NCBI GenBank assembly: GCA_012646845.1
Contig: GCA_012646845.1_4707.3
Length of the DNA stretch: 28,542 nucleotides
Source of the DNA: a phage
Direction: 5' to 3' (one strand)
Part shown: positions 8,649 through 16,591 of the stretch, in pieces
Position numbering within the stretch: the first letter of the stretch is position 1
How the letters are laid out: each line of letters opens with the position of its first letter
Translations under genes and position numbers: made by a program
The notes under the pieces: model-generated
Databases searched by the model: none
What the model saw: only the letters and a program-made list of their open reading frames with translations
Told to the model about the DNA's origin: nothing

Positions 8649-10790
8649 ATGGGTATTCTTGTTCAAAACGCCCTAATCACCAAACAGGCGTTTTTATTAC
8701 CAGGCGATAGCAGCACGCTGAGTGCCGACATGATTAAAGCGAGACATACACCGTATTCCTACGATAACGTCGATGATACCACTTTAGGCGGGAACTGGGT
8801 GCTTAACCCACCACCGCAATATACCAAATTTGCCGACATCAAAGAACGCCGACGTGCGGTTATGCCGGGATCAACGGGCATGGGCCGAGGCTATAGTGAA
8901 AGCATTAACAGCTTTAAAGAAGTCGTTACGTTACGATTCGGTAAACCTCGCTTTACAGGCGCAAGTATCTTCTTTACTGATTTCTACGATGCTGATGTTG
9001 CCGTAACGGTTAAAACCGGTCGCGATCCCGGTATTCTTTATTACGCAGCCAAAGCGTATACCACCGTTCTTTCTTACCTCACACCGCTACCTTACTTGTA
9101 TATGGTTGGACGTATTGGTCGATATTTCCTGGGTAAGCCTACCAGTCAATATTACTATCAAGTACCAACCATGCACGTGTATTGGGCATCTTTCCAGACA
9201 CTGGTAAACCAAACAGCGATAAACATGGGTCTTATCGCCGGTGCTGGTAAAGATAAAGGCTACGTGGAAGAAGGGGGTACCGTACTCCACCAATATTCAA
9301 TCGGTGGCCAGAACGTTGAAGAATTCATCAACTACGCCTCTAAGACGCTACCGGGGATTTATAAGAAAGGTGGTGGGATCGATATCTACCAGATCGCAAC
9401 ACGGCGTCAGCGCATACAGAACGCATGGGTACGTCGTATTCAATCCATGATGGAAAACGATTACTCGTCGTACGAGGAGTTCTGGAACGATCTTGATAAA
9501 CGACTTGATAGCGGAGCGTTTCCATCGGATGTAACCGGCCGTACGCTAACGCAGTATCTCGCCGACACACAGAAGTCTGCTGTTTACAGTGCGACAGCTG
9601 GTGATAATAAACAAACGATGGACGACCTTTTATTCGGAAGGGCCTCGTACACCAATAAAGATGCTGACGCCAACTTCAATGTCTCAGCGGCTACCTCCGA
9701 CGGAGGTACGTCAACACAGAGTCAGGGCACAACAGCCAATGTCGGCAATTCGACGTCAGGGACAACACAGGCTTCAACAGCAGCATCAACAGCTGGAGGC
9801 GCGAACGTACAGAGCAAAGGAATCGGGCAAACGAACGCAGCCGAAGAAGCTACGTTTCTTGATCTGATGGATGCTGAATTGGCCGACGGTGCTCAGTTCA
9901 TCAGTTTTCGAGTCGATTCTGTCACCAGTGTAACCGAAACGTTTTCAAACAGTGCTTCCGAAAGTTCTATCGCACAGACGATGAATAGCCGCGCGCAAGC
10001 GAACATCGAACGTCGTTTCACCCTCTCCGGTGGTAATACGGGTTGGGCTGTACTGGACGAAGCAATCAAAGCCGGTTCCGATCTCGTTAATGGCGCTATT
10101 TCCGGGATGGGTCTGGATGGTATTTTTGGTGCCTTCATGGGTTCCGGCTTCGCAGACATTCCGAAATTCTATTCTGGGTCGTCAGTAAGTCTACCGCGTG
10201 CCGATCTGACGATGGAATTGCGTTCCTGGAGTGGGGACCGCTGGTCGATCTTTACGAACCTCATGGTACCTCTTTTGGCTATCCTTGCAGGTGGTTTACC
10301 TCAGGCTACCGGTAAATCGTCCTACGGGATGCCGTTCATGTGTGAGTGTTATGTTCCCGGTAAAGTCCAGATTAAAATGGGCCTTATCGATAACATCACT
10401 GTGACGCGTCATGTTGGAAACGTACCATCAACACGCGAGCGTTTACCGTTGGGCATCGATGTCAGCTTCAGCGTTTATGACTTGTCGTCTATCGTCGCCA
10501 TGCCGATCACAACGACGGCCGCATCGATCGCAAAATTAGATCCTCGTGGCTTCTTAAGTGATCTTCTTGCTGATGATACTCCGCTCAACAACTATCTTGC
10601 TGTATTATCGGCATTGACACTTACGGAACAAGTTTACATGATTCCTGATTTAAGTCGTCGCATGCATAAAACCATGGCTGATATCGACAGTTTCTGGAGC
10701 AAAGGTAATTTTGCTAGCTGGTTGTCTGACACCATGCCAGGCAGGATAGCATCAGGGCTGTTATGGAAACGTACAGAACGACCGTTCTGA
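8649..10790 (+). CDS. Hypothetical protein (713 aa), possibly structural; contains S/T/G-rich low-complexity linker
   Basis: Long ORF with GAGGAA SD 6 nt upstream of the ATG. Same strand and immediately downstream of the giant protein gene. No recognisable catalytic motif. Confidence 0.75.
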   Translation: MGILVQNALITKQAFLLPGDSSTLSADMIKARHTPYSYDNVDDTTLGGNWVLNPPPQYTKFADIKERRRAVMPGSTGMGRGYSESINSFKEVVTLRFGKPRFTGASIFFTDFYDADVAVTVKTGRDPGILYYAAKAYTTVLSYLTPLPYLYMVGRIGRYFLGKPTSQYYYQVPTMHVYWASFQTLVNQTAINMGLIAGAGKDKGYVEEGGTVLHQYSIGGQNVEEFINYASKTLPGIYKKGGGIDIYQIATRRQRIQNAWVRRIQSMMENDYSSYEEFWNDLDKRLDSGAFPSDVTGRTLTQYLADTQKSAVYSATAGDNKQTMDDLLFGRASYTNKDADANFNVSAATSDGGTSTQSQGTTANVGNSTSGTTQASTAASTAGGANVQSKGIGQTNAAEEATFLDLMDAELADGAQFISFRVDSVTSVTETFSNSASESSIAQTMNSRAQANIERRFTLSGGNTGWAVLDEAIKAGSDLVNGAISGMGLDGIFGAFMGSGFADIPKFYSGSSVSLPRADLTMELRSWSGDRWSIFTNLMVPLLAILAGGLPQATGKSSYGMPFMCECYVPGKVQIKMGLIDNITVTRHVGNVPSTRERLPLGIDVSFSVYDLSSIVAMPITTTAASIAKLDPRGFLSDLLADDTPLNNYLAVLSALTLTEQVYMIPDLSRRMHKTMADIDSFWSKGNFASWLSDTMPGRIASGLLWKRTERPF

Positions 10791-10806
10791 TATTCAATGC
10801 ATAAAC

Positions 10807-10838
10807 CCCTCTCCCAACCCGTAAGGGAAGGGAGAGGG
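10807..10838. terminator. Two-tier hairpin between convergent genes (conserved core, copy 1)
   Basis: CCCTCTCCC-AA-CCC-GTAA-GGG-AA-GGGAGAGGG. Lies between the stop of the 713-aa gene (10790) and the stop of the convergent gene (10845). Confidence 0.55.
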
Positions 10839-10844
10839 AATATG

Positions 10845-11912
10845 TTAACCTAATGTCACTGTCGGTAAATCAGGATAAAGTTTCTTCAAGCCAGCCATTG
10901 TGGTGGTAGTTGTATAATTCTTACCCATCACAGCAAGAGAGGCATATTTCCTACTGCGGGAGAAAAGAGAATAGAACCCACTGGATGTTTCCATCCACAT
11001 TGTGAGGAGTTCTGCATCGTTACCGTGATAGTTCGTTTTACCCCAGCCGGGTTTAAACGCATCAGCAAAATCAATTAAACGCGATGCTTCAGCGTCGTAT
11101 TCTTTAAGGGTAATGTACGATGGGATACGGTAGTTACGAAACAACAACGTAATGAGTTCAGGGACAACACTGCGGGCACGTTCAGCCGTAATGAGTTCGG
11201 TGATAACAGCAGCCGTACGGAAATCGCCGTTGAGACCAACGCTACTTAACGATTCCGCTAAGGTGGTTGCCATCGCTACTTTATCCTCCGCTGACCCAGA
11301 GTCATACAGACTACGCACATCGATGTAGTTGCCTGCTAATGCGGCTTGACGAATCAACGATGTGACAACTGTCCGGTTCGTCTTATAGTCGTTGTAACTA
11401 AATTCGGTTCGCGTTTTCCCTTGATCGTCGAGATACCGATCGACAATCGTTGATAGTTTATAATACTCATCGCCCGACATCAGACTATCGAGAAGCTTAA
11501 CGTTTCCATCTTTATCAATAAGCTTCCCTAACGCGCCATTGGATTGCTGGTTAATGGTACTGTAAATCTGGTCTTTTACTTGCGATAGGATGTTATCGGT
11601 CGACGATATATTCAAGCCTGTAACATCTTTGATCTTATTCATCAATGCGTTTTCATTCAGGGAGATTTTGCCGCCGCTGATATCGATGAAAGAGTTAAGA
11701 TCGCTTATGGAAATCAGGTTTCCGGTTAACGCCGATAATGTACTATTGATACTGTTCGTAATACTGCTACGAAAACTGGTTAACGCATCCGCCGCCGAAA
11801 CAGCGGTACCGCTAACCGCTTTAAGGAGCGTATCACGCCCTGTCGAAAAATCGCTGGTGATGGTTTTGATCTTGGACGTATCTATACTCGGCAGTTTGTC
11901 GTAAAGACTCAT
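10845..11912 (-). CDS. Hypothetical protein (355 aa), Ser/Thr-rich N-terminal half
   Basis: ORF track extends to 11963. I prefer the ATG at 11910-11912 (MSLYDK...), which has an AGGAGG SD about 5 nt upstream and avoids the upstream hairpin. Confidence 0.7.
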   Translation of the reverse strand: MSLYDKLPSIDTSKIKTITSDFSTGRDTLLKAVSGTAVSAADALTSFRSSITNSINSTLSALTGNLISISDLNSFIDISGGKISLNENALMNKIKDVTGLNISSTDNILSQVKDQIYSTINQQSNGALGKLIDKDGNVKLLDSLMSGDEYYKLSTIVDRYLDDQGKTRTEFSYNDYKTNRTVVTSLIRQAALAGNYIDVRSLYDSGSAEDKVAMATTLAESLSSVGLNGDFRTAAVITELITAERARSVVPELITLLFRNYRIPSYITLKEYDAEASRLIDFADAFKPGWGKTNYHGNDAELLTMWMETSSGFYSLFSRSRKYASLAVMGKNYTTTTTMAGLKKLYPDLPTVTLG

Positions 11913-11923
11913 CACGTCCTCCT

Positions 11924-11977
11924 GAAAAAGAAAAAAGAAATACGGCATAAAGCCTACCCACACAATGGTGGGTAGGC
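11924..11977 (-). terminator. Intrinsic terminator/attenuator between two minus-strand genes
   Basis: 10-bp perfect stem GCCTACCCAC / GTGGGTAGGC (11952-11977) with 6-nt loop, followed on the minus strand by a U-rich tract (plus-strand A-run at 11924-11940). Confidence 0.5.
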
Positions 11978-11994
11978 TAAGATCAACATCGATG

Positions 11995-12507
11995 TTAAAC
12001 TTCTTCGTTTTCTGAACCTAATGATTCAGCATCTGGATCGTCAACAGGAATTGTTGCATCAAAATACCGTTTCGTGTGCGTGGTTGTATATCCTACGCTA
12101 TCTGTGATGGAAATCGTAAACGTGACTTCTCTCGCACGGATTAAGCGTAGTTTATTCATGAAGTTACGGAACGGCATCGATCCCCGATTCAACTCCTTAA
12201 TGACGTTTCCTCGAATACTGGAAATATCTTTATTCGTCTTATCGGGATGCCGTTTCTTCACATCACGCATATGTCGGGTAATATACGAATTGAGCTGATT
12301 TGCGCCGATCCCTCTCTCCGTATAAATCTGCAACAGGAACTCCGTAAGGAAATCCTGTCTACCCGTAGGCGTCCAGAAATTGTTACCGTGATTGTAGTTA
12401 GTCGCTCGTCCTCGATTACTTTGAGGATTTTCATCATCGTTTTCGTCACAACGCTTAAGCGGATTAATGCGTGCTCGGAAAGAGACTTCATTATATTTAT
12501 TTGTCAT
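11995..12507 (-). CDS. Hypothetical basic protein (170 aa)
   Basis: ORF track extends to 12552. The internal ATG at 12505-12507 (MTNKYNEV...) overlaps the upstream gene's TGA stop as ATGA, indicating translational coupling. Confidence 0.6.
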   Translation of the reverse strand: MTNKYNEVSFRARINPLKRCDENDDENPQSNRGRATNYNHGNNFWTPTGRQDFLTEFLLQIYTERGIGANQLNSYITRHMRDVKKRHPDKTNKDISSIRGNVIKELNRGSMPFRNFMNKLRLIRAREVTFTISITDSVGYTTTHTKRYFDATIPVDDPDAESLGSENEEV

Positions 12508-13019
12508 AATACACCAGTGTACTGACTGAGTGCGAAGGTTAGGAGTTCGCAACAGTCTCTCGCTAGTTTCCTTGTTTTGCGTAATCCATAAGCCGCATCC
12601 AAATCGTCACGTTCCGCTAGCGCGTCTAACCACGTCGCAAGTATGCGTCCATACTCGATAACGTCACGCATGAGAACGTCGAACTGGATAACACGACCAT
12701 CGGCATCAGCAAGCCAACGATTGAATGTGATTTGTGGTGCTAGTATTGCATATGTTCTCTCCTCTAATGCGATTATGTTTATGTTGCCTTCGTTATCGAA
12801 CGCTTGATGCCAACGGCGAAGGTCAAGCATCAACGACTCAGCGTCCATATACCACAACGGTAAATACGTTTTACGTGCAACGCGTATATCGTAGATGTTG
12901 TGAACCCAGGACGTTGTTTTGTAAAGCAACAAGAGTTCGTTTAACCGTTGCCTATCATCTTGAAACGTCTTCCTTTTATAACGTTGGAACGCACGCCTCA
13001 AGAAAAAGCGATGTAACAT
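12504..13019 (-). CDS. Hypothetical protein (171 aa)
   Basis: ORF with ATG at 13019, heading a minus-strand block. A divergent intergenic region lies upstream. Confidence 0.65.
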   Translation of the reverse strand: MLHRFFLRRAFQRYKRKTFQDDRQRLNELLLLYKTTSWVHNIYDIRVARKTYLPLWYMDAESLMLDLRRWHQAFDNEGNINIIALEERTYAILAPQITFNRWLADADGRVIQFDVLMRDVIEYGRILATWLDALAERDDLDAAYGLRKTRKLARDCCELLTFALSQYTGVL

Positions 13020-13087
13020 GGCATCACCTATGTATCATTCTTGCAGGCATCAATGAAGCCATCACAAGAAGGTAACGTTATACGTCG

Positions 13088-13111
13088 CCTTCATGACAGT
13101 CATCATGAAGG
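13088..13111. promoter_or_regulatory. Perfect inverted repeat (9-bp arms, 6-bp spacer) in a divergent intergenic region; candidate operator
   Basis: CCTTCATGA-cagtca-TCATGAAGG between the minus-strand start at 13019 and the plus-strand start at 13153. A TAATAT hexamer follows at 13112-13117. Confidence 0.35.
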
Positions 13112-13152
13112 TAATATAGTCCTGTTATTTTTTTCAATACGGAGAATGTAAA

Positions 13153-13782
13153 ATGAGCGAATACGGTGTTGTCCCCGTAGATGATGAACCGCAAGAGGCA
13201 CCCGATAAATTCGAGGTCCGTCTTGACGAAACCCGTAACATCCGTCAACGATTTATTCAACGTCTTGAAATGCTGTTAGATAGCGAATTCAAAGATTTTG
13301 AGCGTAACCCCGGTGCAGATAATAAAGCCATTGTCGACGTCGAAAACGTCGACCGGATAGGTAAGCTGTTGTTGAAATCGTTGGGTGATAACGATAAAGT
13401 CGACTTAACGTTGAAACGTATCAGCGCCGACCAGGCTATGAACGACAGCGCATTGAAAACAGCACAGGCCCTAACCGAAACCATGCTGCGCCGCTTAGGT
13501 CAGATAGATGAACATCCTCTCGCAGCAGGGGCTGTTTACGATGGCGAAGTCGTGAAGTCAGTTACGCCTGAAGAACGCGATCGTCGACTTGGTTTTGCAT
13601 CGTTGGAAGAGTTTAATAGCAAGGAGTTTTCACCAGGCGTTCTCATCCAGGGACGTGTCGAAGAAACCAGTGATGCTTTCTACGCTAGAATGGCTCAACT
13701 GACGGAGTCGGTTCGTGAGGAGGTGTCTCAGAAGATGGCTGCAGATCATCAGTCTTCGGAGGCGTCACACGAGGAGGGATAA
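13153..13782 (+). CDS. Hypothetical acidic protein (209 aa)
   Basis: ATG at 13153 with GGAG SD about 8 nt upstream. Glu/Asp-rich. The 3' end overlaps the convergent gene's 3' end by about 98 nt. Confidence 0.65.
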   Translation: MSEYGVVPVDDEPQEAPDKFEVRLDETRNIRQRFIQRLEMLLDSEFKDFERNPGADNKAIVDVENVDRIGKLLLKSLGDNDKVDLTLKRISADQAMNDSALKTAQALTETMLRRLGQIDEHPLAAGAVYDGEVVKSVTPEERDRRLGFASLEEFNSKEFSPGVLIQGRVEETSDAFYARMAQLTESVREEVSQKMAADHQSSEASHEEG

Positions 13783-14473
13783 AATAACTGAACCATTTTA
13801 TCCCAAAGAACCGCATGAACATCACGGGTGCGTTAGAAAGTTCGATTGCTTCGTAAAGTTTGTCGTAAGCCAGATCGGAATCAGGGATGGTTTCGCTGAT
13901 TCGTCTGGCGACAACCAACACGTTACAAATCGGATTGTCTTCTAACAGCATCTGATTGGGGAGATGCCAGCGTTTGAAATCGTAAAAGAACATTGCGTTA
14001 TATGTCTTACGGATTTCTGATGGATGCAGTGTGGCCGGATGACGGTAAATAATCTCGACGCTATCTTGCGCACCGAGGTATTGCTGAATACCTTCTTTTA
14101 ATGCTGTCGCTGCATCTCCCACAAATTCAAACGGGTACGTGTTCACGTGAACCGAAAAATCCGGCGTAGCAATCCCCGTTAAGCGGTCTTTCATGTAATC
14201 CGCGACTACATAACACAGCCGCCACATCAACTCCGTCGGGATACATTTATCGAGAATGGTCTCGTCGATATTTGCCATCGCGTCCTTAAACTCTTCGTAA
14301 GTATAAGTAACGCCCGCCTGCTTCTCCGGCTCCAGGTTATAGGGTCGGTAATGCCATTTCTTCCCCCACTTTCTGATAGCCTCCGGATCCAACGTTGTTG
14401 CTACCGCCATTTCGATATCAAGCAATGCTTCGAGTTCTACGTACACCGTCACCAATGCTGCACTTCCAGTCAT
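13685..14473 (-). CDS. Hypothetical protein (262 aa)
   Basis: ATG at 14471-14473 overlaps the upstream gene's TAA stop by 1 nt (TAATG coupling). Last gene of a six-gene minus-strand block. Confidence 0.7.
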   Translation of the reverse strand: MTGSAALVTVYVELEALLDIEMAVATTLDPEAIRKWGKKWHYRPYNLEPEKQAGVTYTYEEFKDAMANIDETILDKCIPTELMWRLCYVVADYMKDRLTGIATPDFSVHVNTYPFEFVGDAATALKEGIQQYLGAQDSVEIIYRHPATLHPSEIRKTYNAMFFYDFKRWHLPNQMLLEDNPICNVLVVARRISETIPDSDLAYDKLYEAIELSNAPVMFMRFFGIKWFSYFIPPRVTPPKTDDLQPSSETPPHEPTPSVEPF

Positions 14474-15177
14474 TATTGCTCTCCAGCTTCACCGGTTAAC
14501 ATCTGCATATCGGGAGACGTTTTAATTTTCTTCTCGTACTCTTTTGTTTGTTTGAATACCAATTCACCGATTTCTTCCAATTCTTCAACGGTGACGGTAT
14601 GCAAATAAAGCAGCGGAATAATCCAGGTATTCGCACGAAGCATGTCCTGAATATCGTCAACGGTGGGTAACTCCGTAAAGAACTGTTCGTCTACCGCAAA
14701 TAAATCCCGTGCGATACCATCCACCAGTTTATGATCGCTTTCATGGATCCATGCAAAACTTCCAGCAAGATGATCGATAAGCATATCGATGTCATCGACC
14801 GTTGAGAACACTGTACGGCGAACATGCGTTGTGAGGTCCATCGTAAAACCCATTAACGAAGGGGTTTCCTCAGAACGGAGTTCACGCCAAAGACGGAGCA
14901 TGTTTTCGGGGATAAACAAATCATGGATGAACGTTACGCTAAATTTCGTAATCCAATCACGAATTGTCGCACCTCTGGAATACTGTTGTGGTGGGGAATA
15001 CAAATACACCCAACGTTTCGTAAACGCGATAACTTCCTTTCGCATCGTCGCATCTAAAACAAGCACGTAACGATCGGAAGCAAGCTCTTCTAACAAAAGC
15101 TCGAACGCTGTATCGCTCTCTGGGGAGAACGATCGTTTTATTTCTGCGATACGTCGTGATAGCCGACTACGTAACAT
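14473..15177 (-). CDS. Hypothetical protein (234 aa)
   Basis: ATG at 15175-15177 lies 2 nt downstream of the upstream gene's stop. No recognisable motif. Confidence 0.7.
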   Translation of the reverse strand: MLRSRLSRRIAEIKRSFSPESDTAFELLLEELASDRYVLVLDATMRKEVIAFTKRWVYLYSPPQQYSRGATIRDWITKFSVTFIHDLFIPENMLRLWRELRSEETPSLMGFTMDLTTHVRRTVFSTVDDIDMLIDHLAGSFAWIHESDHKLVDGIARDLFAVDEQFFTELPTVDDIQDMLRANTWIIPLLYLHTVTVEELEEIGELVFKQTKEYEKKIKTSPDMQMLTGEAGEQ

Positions 15178-15179
15178 AA

Positions 15180-15854
15180 TTAGCCCTCATCAAGGTTATT
15201 CTGGAGATGCATTGCGGTGAGAATAACACCAACTGCCGAAACCGATTTTGCCTTGCTGTCTTCGGGTAGCTGTTCCAAGCTTACGGTACCTGTTTCTAAC
15301 AGCATGCGGTTCATCGCGTTGAACTTCTTATCATCGCCACCACGAGCCTGCATTAACTCTCGGTTCACGTTTGGCATCGATCGTCCTAACGTTGCTTGCA
15401 TTTCCGGTTGACTCCAAGTGGAACCTTTACTATCACCTGTCGGCTGATTGGTGAGCTGGTCCTTGGTGTTGTTGTTTTTCGGAATCGATATTTTAGCACT
15501 CAGCGTTTCGGCTTGTCGGCGGTTTGGAATCAGGTACAATCTGGTTGGGCGATCACGAAGCACCAATTGTCCTGTTTTCTGATCGGTGAGATAAACGCGT
15601 TGGAAGAAAGGGAAACCGTATTTCTTGCCGACTTCCAGTGCGCGTTTTATCGTCACCTCGTTTTTGTTCATATTGGGTACCCAGATGGGTAGAATCTCTT
15701 TCTTATCCCGACATAAACGCATATACGCATCAAACGTCTCATCATCGATTTCAGCAAAACGTTTTTTGTAAATAGCGTAGGTCGGACTCGATCCCCCCAC
15801 CAAGTCTTTGATATACCCAAGAATGAATTTTTCTGCTGCAGCGCGGTTGGACAT
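15180..15854 (-). CDS. Hypothetical protein (224 aa)
   Basis: ATG at 15852-15854 with AGGAGA SD that overlaps the stop of the upstream SLOG-like gene. Confidence 0.7.
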   Translation of the reverse strand: MSNRAAAEKFILGYIKDLVGGSSPTYAIYKKRFAEIDDETFDAYMRLCRDKKEILPIWVPNMNKNEVTIKRALEVGKKYGFPFFQRVYLTDQKTGQLVLRDRPTRLYLIPNRRQAETLSAKISIPKNNNTKDQLTNQPTGDSKGSTWSQPEMQATLGRSMPNVNRELMQARGGDDKKFNAMNRMLLETGTVSLEQLPEDSKAKSVSAVGVILTAMHLQNNLDEG

Positions 15855-15863
15855 AAACGTCTC

Positions 15864-16190
15864 CTATTGTCGTGTCTGTTGCGGAAATACCCGAAACACC
15901 TGGACGATGATGTTCTTGTCCTCGCGGTTGGCGATGTCAATCATGTGTTTTGTTCCAGGACTTTTGAAATCCCAGAACGCAACTAGATGCGTAATGACAT
16001 CGCCCATCCACTCGTTGCGTCTGAATCCAGCACCTTTACGATAAGGGCCATCCCAATCGGCAGGAAACGTGGTGTATTTAAACCCGTAATCCTTCGCATA
16101 GCGGCGCACATGCAAATCAGCACCTGAACGCGCACCGCCAGCAATGAGATGAACTTTGTCGTGAGGGAGGTTATGTAACATCTGGTTCAT
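15864..16190 (-). CDS. SLOG/DUF2493-like small Rossmann-fold protein (DprA/LOG-related)
   Basis: Motifs HLIAGGARSGADLHVRRYAKDYG ... FPADWDGPYRKGAGFRRNEWM ... LVAFWDFKSPGTKHMIDIA match the DUF2493/SLOG pattern as I recall it. Track start is TTG 16205; I prefer ATG 16188-16190 (MNQMLHNL...). Confidence 0.6.
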   Translation of the reverse strand: MNQMLHNLPHDKVHLIAGGARSGADLHVRRYAKDYGFKYTTFPADWDGPYRKGAGFRRNEWMGDVITHLVAFWDFKSPGTKHMIDIANREDKNIIVQVFRVFPQQTRQ

Positions 16191-16258
16191 ACGCTTTTCG
16201 AACAAGGGATAATCATCCCAGTAGCGTGATCCTGATACCCCTACACGATAGGGTTCGC

Positions 16259-16579
16259 TTATCTTCCACCGCGCAATGACTTTACGTTGCGTGCAATAAA
16301 GGGCGCAACGTAATCACGGAAATTATGGATCCATCCTTTAATGGGTTGGTTGTCTAGTAAGCACTCTCGCACCGAGAACGTACTTACTTCTAGTACACCG
16401 AACTGCAATCGCCAATAACGATTGATTTCGGCTTGGGCGTGTTCTAAGGTCATGTACTCAGGGACACGAGCCAGCAGATCGTGTTTAAATTGCTCGGCAA
16501 TCGCTGGCTGATGCGATGCAATTGTCTGTGCGATAACATCAACCAGTTCGTGCGCGTGCTTGATAGCAGGTGCGGTCAT
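16259..16579 (-). CDS. Hypothetical protein (106 aa)
   Basis: ORF whose ATG (16577-16579) lies inside the last codons of the upstream gene (about 13-nt overlap). Confidence 0.55.
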   Translation of the reverse strand: MTAPAIKHAHELVDVIAQTIASHQPAIAEQFKHDLLARVPEYMTLEHAQAEINRYWRLQFGVLEVSTFSVRECLLDNQPIKGWIHNFRDYVAPFIARNVKSLRGGR

Positions 16580-16591
16580 TTATTCAGCCTT

